The position numbers and the translations under genes are program-made. A DNA stretch of 64,000 nucleotides from NCBI GenBank assembly GCA_964247055.1, contig OZ176050.1:2232001-2296000 (forward strand), given 5' to 3'. The notes under the pieces are model-generated. The model was not told the DNA's origin. It was given only the letters and a program-made list of their open reading frames with translations, and made no database searches. This document shows positions 1 to 25,501 of the stretch, one piece after another. The number at the start of each line of letters is the position of its first letter. The stretch's first letter is position 1. The stretch is from Paragordius varius (lineage: Eukaryota; Animalia; Nematomorpha).

Positions 1-2346
1 CGATTTTCGTGTCACAATCAATCCTTATCTATCAAAAGATTCTCATATCATTCCGACATTTGATCAATTATTGGGTAAAATCGGAAATGGACATTCATTT
101 TCAGTTTTGGATCTCAAGGATGCCTACTTACAACTACCGGTTGATAAAGAATGCTCTAATATTCTGACAATTACAACACACAGAGGTTACTTTACGTATA
201 AACGATTACCTTTCGGGCTCACAAATGCTCCAATGATATTTCAACGAGTTATGGATCAAATTCTGGATGATTGCACAGGCGTTTGTGCTTATCTGGATGA
301 TGTTCTGGTAACCGGCAATACACACACTCAACACAAAGCAAATCTTGAGCATGTGTTGGAGAAACTTGAACAGGCCGGATTCCGTTTGCAACCAGATAAA
401 ATGAAATTCTTCCAGGAAAAAGTATCCTACATGGGATACGAAATATCTAAAAGAGGTATTAAGCCAACGGATGAAAAAATCAAGGCTATTTTGAAATGTT
501 TTGTTCCAAAGGACAAAACAACATTACGGTCCTTTTTAGGACTATTAAACTTTCATGAAAAATTTATTCCAAGATTACATTCAGTCATAAGTGATCTGCA
601 CACTTTAACTGGATACAAAATGCCATGGAAATGGGAGAATATTCATGATAAACAATTTGCACTGTCAAAACAACTAATAGCAAATTTTGTAACTGATTCT
701 GTACAATCCGCAATTGCCATTATTGATTGAGACCGATGCTTCAAACGAAGGTTTGGGTGCCATCCTTTTCCATGTAACCGAAGATGGCAAGCGGCCAATC
801 TCTTTCGCATCCAGGAAATGTTTATTTAAAACATTATTCGACGATCGAAAGAGAGGCCAAGGCGATTTTGTTCGCGGTAAACAAATTTCACCCTTTCATA
901 TATGGGAGATCTTTTAAAATATTGACTGATCATAAACCACTGATTAAATTATTTGGGGAAGACCGGAACTTAACCGGAGTCACTAATATAAAATTATTAC
1001 GTTGGATTTCAAAATATCGGGGTATGATTATACCATTCATTTCAATAAAGGGGTTCAAAATTTAGCTGATCCCCTATCAAGATTAGCAATTGACGATCCT
1101 GAAATGGATGATGATCATGCTGTAGCTGAAAAAATTCGGTTCTTATCTATGAACGATTTGAACATTAATAAAAAAATGTATTAGATCAGTCCAATAATGA
1201 CCCGGTGATAAAAAAATTAAAAATTGCATTAAATTCCAACAATTGGGATGATCCAGATCTAAAAAATTATCAATCACATCGCAACGCTATCCAAGCATCG
1301 TATAATTTAGTTTATTTCGAGGATAGACTCATTGTTCCTAGATCCATGCAAAATGAAGTCCTAAACTACTTTCACACTGGACACCCAGGGATAAGTACCA
1401 TGAAGTCCCTTGCGCGCCACAGTGTATATTGGCCAGACTTGGACCAAAGTATTGAATTGCTTGCGAAGACATGTGACTCATGTCAAAGATACAAGCCCAA
1501 TGTCCAGGAAAATCCAACATACAAATGGAATTTCAACACCGCCGTCTGGGAAAGAATACACATAGATATTGCTGGTCCCATTGATAATTTCTACTGGCTG
1601 GTAACAATTGACAGCTCGTCCAGATGGCTGGAAGTTAATTTATTGAAACAAGTTAGGAGCAGGTCTGTTTTAAATTGCTTAGAACAATTGTTTTCGAGAT
1701 ATGGTTTTCCTAAAATGATAGTAAGTGATAATGCATCGTATTTTGTATCGCACGATTTTGATGAACGGCTAAACACTTAAACATCAAACATGTTACGTCG
1801 AGTCCGTATCACCCACGAACGAATGGGTTGGTAGAAAGATCTATTTACACATTGAAAACTAAATATAAAGCTACGAAGAGGGCTGACATCTCTCCGCAAG
1901 AAGCAATGAATACCATTTTGTGGAGCTATCGGCAAGCAATTCATAGTGCAACGAGAGCAACACCGTGCTCATTATTCCTAAAAAGAGAATTGTTAGGTCC
2001 CTTGTCATGGTTAAAGACAATACCATCAGATTTTACGGATAATACTAGAGCCCCCTTACGTTGACGTTGATGATGCTATTCTGATTAAAAATGAAACAGC
2101 AGAGGGGTGGCGGAAAGGAAAAGTAATTAAAAGAACAGGATTATTATCATACAAGACTGATGACGGTAGCAAAATTCAGCGAAAACACGCCGATCAGCTA
2201 CAGAAGTCTGTTAGGTCACAACCCGCCCTTGACATTGTACCAGAGATCCCAGTTACGGAAGCTGTGGAGTCGGAGTGTAACTTGACAGAAGTACAAAGCC
2301 GTTATCCTCGCCGGGAACGAAAAGCTCCGGATCGTCTTTCTTATTA
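1..2346 (+). mobile_element. Ty3/gypsy (Mag-like) LTR retrotransposon pol, frameshifted: RT, RNase H, integrase; 5' part lies outside the window
   Basis: ORF pieces carry RT motifs (LDLKDAY, RLPFGL, YLDD), RNase H (ETDAS, TDHKPL) and integrase (FHTGHPGISTMK...C..C, RIHIDIAGP, VSDNA). They end in RYPRRERKAPDRLSY* at 2346. Several frameshifts and stops. Confidence 0.95.
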
Positions 2347-2359
2347 AAGGTGGGAGATA

Positions 2360-2623
2360 TGATATGATGTTATATAATATGCAACAAAACATAACTCTAT
2401 TTTATATATTACGTTGCTATTCAATGCATACTTATAATACTTTTCTGTTATTAATATTTTACGTGACATGCTATATACTACGTGACAAGTTTTAGACTAC
2501 GTGACTGTTTTATAAATGCACACTCATCATTCTCAGAAATTTGTATATGTTAATGCACGATAAAAATATATAATAAGATCCGTATACATTTCTCGGAATT
2601 AAATATAACCTATATAAACAACA
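2360..2623 (+). repeat. Probable 3' LTR of the gypsy element at 1-2346
   Basis: Follows the purine tract AAAGGTGGGAGA (2346-2357) plus TA. Starts TGATA, contains AATAAA near 2570, and has a plausible end at ...AAACAACA. The right boundary is inferred because no second LTR is in the window. Confidence 0.6.
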
Positions 2624-4769
2624 ACTTCTTTAAGTCCATTGCATTACTGTGTTTTCCCATTATTGTGTTATAATAAATTATACCCAACTGATATTACCGT
2701 TTTTACTACTTTAAATTACTGTAAAACTCGTTCCACCAAAATTTTGTTAATTATATAATATTTGATCAACATTTTCAAATATTTTTTTGCGATGATAAAT
2801 CTGACAAAATATGTATTATTAATAGATAAATGTATCAGGCTGTTATTTTTACCTCATAAATGATATGTATAATAGATTATGCACTTTTATTACTCGCTCG
2901 ATATTGAAAAGTCGCAAAATTAATGCATATATTATCAAACAAAATTTTGGTAAAAGCAAAATGCTTCCAAAAAAATATCCTTGAAATATTTTAAAACTAT
3001 GAAAAAAAATACTGATAGAGAGGGATTTACTTTTTATTAATGCTCTCCTTAAAAAAAAATATAAAAAGCAAAATATCTAAATTTGTTTAGAAAATACATA
3101 TCTAAATACTTCGACGCCATTTTTATTGTACAAAATTGCAAAATATCGTGTTTTTATTCTAAAGCTAGAAATAAAGTATTTTTTATTGAAATCACATCTA
3201 ACATAGTAAAGAGATAAAGTGGGTTATTATGCATTATTTTTATATTTAACATGATACCGTGATAAATAAATTTTTTACTTGAGAGTTTTGCAATTAACTG
3301 GATAATAATAAGTATTAGATGTAACTTTTTTTACATTTATGTTCATCTTGGTGGTATAAGTGCCAACCTTTGCCATGGATTGAGACGAATGTGTTGTATC
3401 CAATTGTTAAACTAAAGGAAAAATGCCGATATTTCGATAAAAATATTCAAATATATGCTAAAAATCGACATCAAAAAAGTGTTTTTTTCATAAAAATGGA
3501 TTTTTTTTCTTAAATTTAATTGCAAAATTTTGGTGAAGCGAGTTTTAACGTGTCATGGTATTTTAAAAACCATTTATGATGCTAAACATTTCTATCATTT
3601 CACATTTACGAACCAATAAATTATTGACAAATTTAAGTTTTATATAAGTAGTGTTTTCAAAAAAAAATAATTTTATTGATGTGAATCACGTTTTTATATA
3701 AAAAATCTGAGGTATAGTAATGTTCATCATCAACGAATTATATAGGAATCTTAAAATAATAATACCGCCATCATTAAAATACTATATTTTAAAGAAATTT
3801 ATTTTTTCAGAAAAACTATTTTGATGTCATAATTTAGCATATTAAATTTCGCACAATCTCGGCATTTTACATTTCTTTTCGGAAAAAATTCTCATATTCG
3901 GGTGCAAAAGACTTTCGAAGCCTACATCTATAATTTAAAAATATAAATATTGTTTTCCTTTAAATAAAAAAAAGATATTTTAGTGATATTTTTGGAATCA
4001 AGCATTATGCTTTCACCATAAAAAAATTAGCAAAATGTGCGTAGTTGCCATTTTTTGAAGCATATCACATGTAAAGCCCAAACCCAAATCACCATAATAA
4101 CCATGATAAATTTACTAATTAATATTACATCAGGATATTTTTTAATTCCCTCCCGTTTTGAGCGCTATGTTATTGAGTAAATTTATGCTAAAATGTTATT
4201 TAATTGATTGGTAAGTTGGAAGCTTGTATTCGATTTACGAGTGTTATATATTATAGGAGAATTTCCTTAAATCAGTTATGGTCTTTTAAGGATAGATTTA
4301 GAGATGTTTTAGAAATGGATATTATTTCGTTCATTAACCGATATGTCTGTGTTTCTTCCTCTCTTGCCACTTACATTTCCTATCATTGTAACTTTGCTCG
4401 TATTAGGTGACAAAAGTGGCTTATCATTTTATTTGTTGTTCTTTAATGTTATACGAAGAACTTCGTTCAGCTCTAGAAGAACATTTCAAAACTTTATTTT
4501 TTTCTCATTATCGTTTTTATTATCCAGCTTTCACAGCCTATGGGATTATCAGCGCGTTTAGTAATGAATTTTTTAATTGTATATAATACCACATAATTTA
4601 TTATCTTAAGCCAAAGTGCATTTGGTATCTATATCTCTTTTAATATATTGTTAACTTGCAATATGTAATAATACTCCTCAAATATGTGTATTAGTTGACC
4701 ATTTCGATTATTTCGTTATTAATTTGTGTGAATAGGTATGAGGGAAGTTGAAGTATAAAATTTAAGTCT

Positions 4770-5400
4770 TGTTAAGCGAAGGCTATGTGAATTAGCTAGA
4801 ATTGCTCAATTTTTGGCATAGTAAAGAGTCGTCAGAAGGTGGCTTCTTACCCTTATTCCTGGTAGATTCAACTCTTTTGAATACATTTCAAGTAATGTCG
4901 AACAGCCTGGGAGATAATATGCAACCTTGACGTCAACCTATGTTTATTGAACTCTAGGTGATTTGGCCATGCTGTGTGGTAAGTGATGGAGAAGAATTGG
5001 CTTTACTAGTTTGATCAGGTGATTGAAAACTATATTGAGGAAATCTAGAGTGTGTAGTGCCGAACGGTGTTTAAAGCTTTAGAGAAATATCAAAAAGCTT
5101 AGGTGTAGCTCGTTTTGAAATCCCCATTTTTTACCATCTTCTGTTGAAGAAAGATTGTCTCGGCATCCGCATTTTTCTTAAAAGCCTGCCAGTGTTAATA
5201 AGAGCCCAAGGTCGGCATAGGTTTGTAAACGTTTTTATATTATTTGTATTAGGAATGCTTTTGAAGTTTGGCTAATTAATGCTACGGTAGTTTCCGCATA
5301 ATTTAATCGGGACAACTAATGATTCGTTTATATTTTTTAACCAATGTTGAAACCCGTTAAAAAGTCTGTAAGCATTTTTTCAAAACGATAAAAAGTATTC
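4770..5400 (-). mobile_element. Decayed RTE-clade LINE reverse transcriptase fragment
   Basis: The minus strand reads CGNYRSI-LISQTSK, a QAGF-like motif, a degenerate DFSKAFDTV, QGCILSPRLFDI and LLYA, interrupted by indels. Confidence 0.75.
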
Positions 5401-6363
5401 ATTGGAAATTTAATTTTAGCAAAAATAGTTACATTATATTAAGAACCATCACCAACCTCTTCAGTATTATTCAATATTGTTGGCTCCAATATTTAAATGA
5501 AATTAGGAATAATTAATTCAATTATAATTTTAGGTATTTTCAGATAAATTAATCAAATATTTTTGTGAGAAGAAAAATATCTCGGTTTCTTAAGTCACTA
5601 GTTGCTAATAATAAATTTAATTATAAAATTTGTTTTTGTCCCCAAACCATTAATATAATATTGGGTAATTATTCAAATTTGACCATTTTTTTTAATTTAA
5701 TCTAAATCGTGCCCAGATTCCCGGCCATTTTTATATCAATAACTGTATATTAACAGTTATAAAAAACGCTAATTTTAGCAATTCAACATTTACATCGCGG
5801 AAAAATTGATTCAAAAAAGTTTCATAATCTGATGTTAAAATTATAATAATGCTTTTTAAGTTATTATCATATATAAAAGATCATTTACATAGTAATATCA
5901 ATTCAGTCCTGTACCAATGTTCGGAATATACAACTAAACTTTTTCACATATGTTATATTTCAATATGTTTGACAAGTTGTTATTAAAAGCGCTCCAGCCA
6001 TTGTCAATAATGTTTTTATCATCAGTTAACTATAAATTAATTTACATCGAAAGCATTGAGTAATTCTACAATAAAATCATAATTAGGTTTTTCTCAAATT
6101 AATGTAAAATGTATTTTCAGCAAATTGTATAGTTAAATGTATGGAAAAACGTCTATTTTTATGCTAATAATACAATGCTAACTCTAGATGAGACAAAAAC
6201 ATTTATTCAATGATTCGTTTAATACAATAAATTAAATATCAATCAAAATTACAGGCTAAAAATGCTAAATGGTGACAAAAATATAATTGTGCGCTTATAT
6301 AAACGATGGCAAAAATGTAAAAAATTGATTTATATTAAGATAAATATATCTACTACGTTGACA

Positions 6364-17727
<11,364 letters not shown>

Positions 17728-19201
17728 TTGTTATAACGATTTGGATATCCGCATATTGTAAAATTTCACTGATAACAAGTTCATCAAAATTATTGTTTAG
17801 ATTCTGATATAATAAAGAATCATTTTTATCATAGTGCCAATGGTTTTGACTCTTTGAGTGATTTGAAAAAGTTGTATACTTTGCAAAATAGCAAAATTTG
17901 CGCACAAATAAAATTTTTTGGTAAAAGCTAAATGCTTCCTTTCAAAAATAACTTAAAAACTAAGCAAAACATATTTTAGAAAATTGTAATTTTAGTTGTG
18001 GCTCCAAAATGTCCCATTTTTCAATTACTTCTCTTAACATTTAATTATATTTTTTAGCAATGACATGGGGTAGTTTTTAGAACTTAAATTGTTTAATAAA
18101 ATACTGTTTAAAAGTTTTTTGACTAATTTATATTTTTTACAGATTCCCAACTTCTAGCGTCAAAAATTTAGATAGCTTTAAAACACGATTGAAGCGTACA
18201 CCAGATAATATCAATAAATATTAATATTTGCTGTTAAACGTTGACCGAAAGCTTTTTTGAAGCAATATCTCATTTTTACCCGAAAACATTTCTTCTGTTG
18301 CATTAGCGAATTATAAATTCAAAGAAAAAAAATGGCGGCGAAGAAGTTTGAGACTAGGATTATTTACATTTTATAAAAAATACTTGTGCATCATATGCAT
18401 ATAAGACTAAACATATTTTTAAATTTGGCCCAACACAAAATACATTGTTTAGATATTGAAATTTTGTATACTTTTGTGGTATAAATCTACTCCACGTGTT
18501 CCATAGAACGCAATGCGCGATATTTAAATATGTTTAAAATTTTGACATTGAAAAAAGTTTTTTATCCAAAAATGGATCTTTTGTTATGGGATTAAAACTA
18601 AAATTTTGTTATTTGATTAAAAGCAAAATTTTGTTATTTTATTAAAAGCAAAATTTTGATGAAGCGAGTTTGGTATGTTGAAGCAAGGTTGTAACGGAAA
18701 TGTTGTGAGATATGAAAACATATTTATCACCTTAAAATCATAGTTTTGTTTTAGCTTTTACAAAGGGAATTTTTGTATACACAATATATGTTACAAATAT
18801 AGCAAATATATATGTATTGGATATATCTAATCTTTAGCATCAATTATAAAGAAAATGGGCTTAAAGAATAACTTAAAGCGCTTTTTTACCGTATTTACTA
18901 AGTAAACAAATTTATGTGAAAAATTAAAGACTAGCGGGCGAAAAAAATTAGGATCATCGGAGCCCACATTTAAAAATTTAAATTATTTAAAATATTGTTT
19001 TTTTCCATATATTTGATATATTTTAGTTTTAGTGATATTTTTAAAAAAAATCATTTAGTTTTATGCCATTATCTATGGAGCAGTTGCGACAAAGGTGATA
19101 TTCCTATATCACTCGTAAGGCCCAATGCTAAAGGCACCATGTCTGATACATTTATCTATCAGAGCATATATTTTTCAATATTTTTTAAGTGCATTGTACT
19201 A

Positions 19202-20724
19202 TACCATTTTTCATGCAAAAACATCATTTTTTCAACCAAACGCACCATTTTTTCAAGCAAACGCAACATTTTTTCAAGCAAAGGCAACAATTTTTCAAGC
19301 AAATGCAACATTTTTTTAAGCAAAGACAACATTTTTTCAAGCAAACGCAACATTTTTTCAAGCAAACGCAACATTTTTTCAACCAAATGCAACATATTTT
19401 CAACCAAATACAACATTTTTTCATCCAAACGCAACATTTTTTCAACCAAAGACAACATTTTTTCAAGCAAAAACAACACTTTTTTTAATATTACAAAGAA
19501 TTACTATTTATTGTTAATTATAATATATTTATTAAATTTTAAGTTAATGTAATTTATTTTTAGCGTTGAATTATGATTTTTATTGTTTTACCATCAATAT
19601 TTGATGGTAAAATTGATTTTCAAACATTTGGATTTTGCCCATAAATTGCCGTTTTTATTTATATTAATTATATTTTTCTTTTACAATTCGCCTAATCAAA
19701 TTATTTAATTTGCACTTCAAGAGTGTCTTTGAACACTTCAAGTTGGTCCTTGAACATTTCAAGTTGGTCTTTGAATTCTTTAAGTTGGTCCTTAAAATAT
19801 ATAAATTTTGTTTTACCCTAATTTTTGCATTTATTTTTTAATATTATTATTTATTAACCTAATTTTCTTTATTTATTATATATTTATCATTTAAAAATAA
19901 ATTTTTTTATTGAAAAACCACTTTTTTGTTTCAAAATATTTTTTTTAATTGAACAAAATTATTAACTTTTAATGAAAATTTTTTAATAACCCAGAAAACT
20001 CATATTTTTTTTCGTGTTATAAATATATAAAATTATTTTAAGAAATAGTTGATATCGATTTAAAATTTATGTTAAATAATAGAAAATAGGTTAAAAACAA
20101 TAAAATATAAAAATTATTTTTGATTTAATTAATAAAAGTTAAAAACAAAACAAAAAAGTCAAAGGACCAACTTGAACTAAGGACATTAAACTCTCAAAGA
20201 CACTCTTGAAGTGCAAATTAAATAATTTGATTAGGCGAATTGTAAAATAAAAATATAATTAATATAAATAAAAACGGCAATTTATGGGCAAAATCCAAAT
20301 GTTTGAAAATCAATTTTACCATCAAATATTGATGGTAAAACAATAAAAATCATAATTCAACGCTAAAAATAAATTACATTAACTTAAAATTTAATATATA
20401 TATTATAATTAACAATAAATAGTAATTCTTTGTAATATTAAAAAAAGTGTTGCTTTTGCTTGAAAAAATGTTGTCTTTGGTTGAAAAAATGTTGCGTTTG
20501 GATGAAAAAATGTTGTATTTGGTTGAAAATATGTTGCATTTGGTTGAAAAAATGTTGCGTTTGCTTGAAAAAATGTTGCGTTTGCTTGAAAAAATGTTGT
20601 CTTTGCTTAAAAAAATGTTGCATTTGCTTGAAAAATTGTTGCCTTTGCTTGAAAAAATGTTGCGTTTGCTTGAAAAAATGGTGCGTTTGGTTAAAAAAAT
20701 GATGTTTTTGCATGAAAAATGGTA
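19202..20724. mobile_element. Foldback-type element: 531-bp inverted arms, each with about 13 copies of a 21-bp repeat, 461-bp spacer, TA target duplication
   Basis: Arms 19202-19732 and 20194-20724 are reverse complements with only about 4-5 differences. Ends are TA|TACCATTTTT ... AAAAATGGTA|TA. Repeat unit is about CAAACGCAACATTTTTTCAAG. Confidence 0.9.
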
Positions 20725-22883
20725 TATTAATATTTATATTTTAGTTCTAGGGGCTTTTCGCACGATTGGTTTCTGAATAATAAGGCTACCTTTTGGTATA
20801 TTTTGCCAATTTGTTTACTATTAATTGGTTTTGCATTTATAAAAAATATTACTTTTTAAGGCAAGTGTTTGTTTAGGTTTCGCCGCTGTTAATCGAAACG
20901 GTATTAGAATTTTTTTTTGTTATTTTTATGTTCTTTAGGAATTGATATAAATTTATTTGCTCATATGATGAGCTCTCTATTTATTAACCATTTTGATCGG
21001 AGATAGAATCAAAATTTAGATAAGATATATGCTATTAAAATTAGCATTTTAAGCAACATATTTTCCCTTTTTACAAAAACGTTCAACCTACAAATAAAAG
21101 AAACCGGAAGGTTCAATAAAGTTCGAGAATGGAATGATGGTTCTTAAAATTTTCGATTAGCATAAGATCTTTTTAAATAAATGGCCCTAATAAGAAATGA
21201 TTTTGTTTTAGTTTTGCTAATTATCAAAATTTCTACGGTAATAGATTAAATAAAAAGAAAGAGTATCATTGATAGTGTCTTTTTTAATGGCGCTACTTAA
21301 ATATTATATTTTCTGCCCAAGAATGACAAAGTAGATGAACCACAGCTTATGGACTGCATTAACGATTAGTCAAACCACTACGCCGCATAATAGTTTTTAC
21401 AGATACCTCTAAGTATACTTTGTGTTACCAACCGAATTGGCAAAATTATTAATATATGAATATTAACGAGTGTTTTGAATAGGTAAAAGCTTGTTTTGTA
21501 AAAACAATTATACAATATTTCATGGCACATCAGTTTTATGCTTAAAATTTAAAAAAAATTTAAGTTAAAATTAAATAAATTCGACTAAATATATATATAT
21601 ATATATATCTACATATATACGTCGTTTTAAATCCTTGTTGAGTGAATTATAAAAATATTATTCTAACATTCACAGTAAGTAATAAATTTCTGGTTTATAA
21701 ATTGGACATAATTATTTTTATAAAACTTACCTATACGTTAAAAGTAATAAATACTAATGCGTTATTAATTTCCATATTCTAGAAATGAGTAAACAAATTT
21801 TGCATTACAAATCATATTTTTAATTAATTTTTTATTATGCTTTTACGCGGCGTTAATCGGCGTTTAAAATATGATTTAAATATTAATGCACGATTAACGA
21901 TTATTATAATATAAAATAATTTTTTTTACAATGGAACATAATGGTCATGTAACAGTCCAATCCATATCGTTTATAAACGGTAAAAAATAATAAAGACTAT
22001 CAAAAGTATTGTCAAAAAATCCAAATTTACTAATTGGAAATAGTCATTTTTGATACTATTTTGTAATACTTTATAGTTTATGCATTATATGCTAAAATAA
22101 GTGGTGTATTATTTGAGTGTTGATATGAGGGATACTGATACTGATGAGGAGTAACTAATCGCATAAAATGTCCGTAGATGAGAAAACGAAAGCAACACCC
22201 CTTTAGATACTTAATGACACATTGAAAGTTTACCTCGTTATTTAAAATATTTAGCTGACCCAAATCGATATGCCTTTAATCCTTACAAGTTTAAATGTAA
22301 AAAAATATTACCACATATCCAGGAATGTAATAAGAATATTGAGAGTCGTAATTTCTTCATAATTTAAGCAATTAGGTATTTCATTAAAAATAATTAAATT
22401 AAACAGATGCAAGGCTGACACGGTAGCATGTACGCTAATATTATTAATTATAACAATTATAATATATTTAATCAATAGTGCATTATAATATCCCTCCCAG
22501 ATATTTTAATCAATACTTTGCTCAACCCTAAATAATCTTATAAATAGTTAAGATCTAATCACAGTCTTACCTATAGAAATATATTTTATTAAAATATAAC
22601 ATTTTAGGACAGATCATTATCTATGATATGATGAAATACTAAAAACTAACCATTATATTTATTAATACCTAAAAACAATCAGAAAGGTTAATGGCAGGAA
22701 AAATTGAATATGTCACTTAATTCTTAACTCTTATTTATTTAATAATATCTTAGCTATGTCCTTAACAAAAAACAAGCCTAAATTCCATTTCAAACATAAA
22801 ATGAGTAAAAATATATTTTTAGATTTTAATATATCCCAGATAGATACAGTAAAGTTCATTTGCTTAGAGTTGGTGAATATATA

Positions 22884-23194
22884 TACCATTTACAGTTTAA
22901 ATTCACCCTTCATCAATTCGAATTCACCCTTGAACAATTTAAATTCACCCTAAAAATATATTATGTGTTTTCAAACTAAAATAACTCATTATTAATAAGA
23001 AATATATTTTTATGGCATAGTTTATTATTTTTTCAGTATTATTTTAATTTAAAACAAAATTTTTTATTTTTTAAAAATATATCAAAATATTGGTAATTTT
23101 TAATCTAAAAACATATATTTTATTTGAGGGTGAATTTGAATTGTTCAAGGGTGAATTTGAATTGTTTAAGAGTGAATTTGAATTGTAAATGGTA
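22884..23194. mobile_element. MITE (311 bp) with TACCATTTACA termini, 21-bp subterminal repeats and TA target duplication
   Basis: TA|TACCATTTACAG ... TGTAAATGGTA|TA. The AATTCACCCTTGAACAATTCA unit is repeated in both arms. A second, inverted copy is at 25502-25755. Confidence 0.8.
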
Positions 23195-23409
23195 TATAAA
23201 ATTATTTTATATTTTTCCTTCAATAGAATCTTAAAAAACAAGGTGTATTCAAAAGTCATTCCTGGGTTAAAAAGTGAAAACCAGACCCAATTAATTAGAC
23301 ACGAACGCCATTTTGTTTATTTGGCACAAAATGACAAAGACACACAAGCTAAGTCCTCCAAAAACTAGCGTCCTATTTTTCCCATTTAGTAATATGTAGA
23401 ATTTTGAAT

Positions 23410-24170
23410 AAGAATATTTGCGGCACATAATCCGAAGAGGCTGTTGAAAGTTCTGTGAAAACATATAATGAACTATCGATTAAACAAAATATTAAGTTGT
23501 AACTTCATGTCAACAGTAAAAGCGCGATTGGACCATACAAACGCTTAGACAATAAAGTGCAAGAATTATTGGATGATGGCCCAATTTAACCTCCTCGCCA
23601 GTTAGCCGAATCAATACAAGCATGACAATACCAATCAATAGATATCTATGAACGATTGGAATGACCAACTTCAAAAATGGCAATAAATCATATTTTAAAG
23701 TCACGAAAAGAAATCATTTTTACATAGAATTAAGTAGGGTGGTGAGATATGACTTTATGCAAAACAAAAGCGGAAAAATCATGGCTTTCACCTTGCCAAG
23801 CCTGGAAACCAATACCAAATTGTTTCGGCAAAGGACAGTGTTCTACGTTTGGTGAGACCAGAGCGATAATGTGTGATAATAACTTTTAAAAAGAGGTGAC
23901 ATATGGAAAACGATCGGAATCGGCCAGAAGGCATGACAATACACCTTAAAATCGCTTTGAGGCAAATTCTTTTTTACTAAACCCTGACGGTATTGACTAA
24001 TACAAATTGGCATCAATGGGGCACACTCTCGGAGAGCAGCATCTGAATCATTTCGAAGACATTGGTAGTGGCTAGAATGGTTTTCTAAAAATGTCAATTA
24101 GTTTTTCTGGCATGGCATTTGTATGTCACTGAGAGATGGGCGAAATGATCCAATAATTAGAATTCACCAA
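23410..24170 (+). mobile_element. Decayed mariner transposase
   Basis: Broken frames give mariner-like segments: ELLDDGP, PNCFGKGQCSTFGETRA (degenerate PKPNLHxKKVMLCVWWDQ), HDNT (HDNA), FEDIGSG and ERWAK. Confidence 0.7.
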
Positions 24171-25501
24171 CGAGTTTTATAAACAAAAAACCGGTAAAAA
24201 ATTATGACTATCCCTGGTTATGGTTTATCTGTTATAACCGACAAAAATTGCGTTTCCACATTTCGATTAAAAATAATAATCTTTTTTAAATTATATGTAC
24301 ATGTAATCAAAATACAAAAATGTGTGGCGTTTTTTAACAATCAATTTAAGTTTAATACTACAATACCTATAGTAGAAGCAATTGCTTTGTATTTTGCGAC
24401 TATTAAATTTATTAAGAAAGTAAAATTATTAGGTCGTCTTTTTATACAATATGCACATTAATGATCTCTGCATCGGTTGAATAATATGCTAGCAATTTTA
24501 TTTACAGTAATCAAAGTATACGGAAAAAAGGTAAAAATATAAAGATAAATATTTATTTCTAAAAGACAACTATACTTTTTAAATATTAATAATAACTCAT
24601 TTATAATCTAAAGTATAAAGGGATGTACATTGGTAACACAATCAATTACATCTTTTGAAATTGTTATTAAATGTCTTTAATTGGATAAATTAAGGTTGGA
24701 AAAAGTATGGTTGTCATTGGAAAACAAATTTTGTTTTTATATTTTTACGTTTTGTCCGTATAATTTTTACTGTAATTATGGACAATTTTTATGCAGTGTT
24801 ACCGATTGCCCAACAATAAATATGAATCAAGCACCATTAATGCTCTTACGGTATTAATTTCGGATGGCTCGAATACAAATTAAATATTTACCACGTGTTT
24901 TTTTGTGGCCAGTCCAGTTTAAGCCTCAAACCGCTGATATGCCTAAATGTTTAAACCGCAATAAACCGTGCTAAACCGGTGCGGTGCGCCTTGGTTAAAA
25001 AGTCACTATGTAATTTTTATAGTGGCATTACTTTTATTTTATTTTGGAGGGATTTCAGACAAATAAATTAAATATATAAGGAGTTTAAACAATTTTTTTA
25101 CCTTTTTATAATTTAAGTCTGCTTGAATAACATTGGCAAAATATTTTAGCGGGCCACATAAATAATGCTGGTAAGCGCACCCAGCCAACATAAATGTTAT
25201 TAATTACAATTAATAATCTTCCAGTATAGCTCGATGAGGTCCCGTGCGGCTCTTGGGGGTAAGAATTAACATATATCCCTCATCTTTAAATACCAGCAAA
25301 ATTCAATTTAAACGAAAACCTTATTCACATAGAATAAATTCTAATTTATGCAAAGTTAAACTATATGCTATCAACCAATATATGGGGGAAAATGTTTGGA
25401 ATTTTTCTTCCCTTTGCATATGCAAACGAGTTAATTTTTCGGGGTGTCGGTTTGGCACATTCCATCGGCTTTGTTTAAAATTAACAGCATTTGTTTTTTG
25501 T

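Noticed and set aside
2700-4050. Short inverted matches (AAAATTTTGGTG.AGCGAGTTT, GTAAAAGC.AAATGCTTCC, AAAATGGCG) suggesting one large TIR element or a regulatory motif
   Set aside because: The pairs are not nested consistently and recur at about 17.9, 18.3, 18.65, 38.6 and 54.8 kb. They are best explained as fragments of old dispersed repeats whose boundaries I cannot define.
19218-19485. Regularly spaced short repeats as a possible CRISPR array (also 37190-37765)
   Set aside because: The units are head-to-tail with no unique spacers, there are no cas genes, and the context is a eukaryotic intron-containing genome.
18995-20776. Heptad-repeat ORFs (MLRLLEK..., KKCCLCL..., QHFFKQ...) resembling coiled-coil or Cys-rich proteins
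   Set aside because: They are translations of a 21-bp DNA repeat that is open in several frames on both strands and mirrored in the two arms of a foldback element. There is no unique coding context.
22050-22440. Possible small spliced minus-strand gene (also 25200-25480)
   Set aside because: Frames can be forced with 30-37 nt introns, but the products show no recognisable homology and alternative junctions fit equally well.
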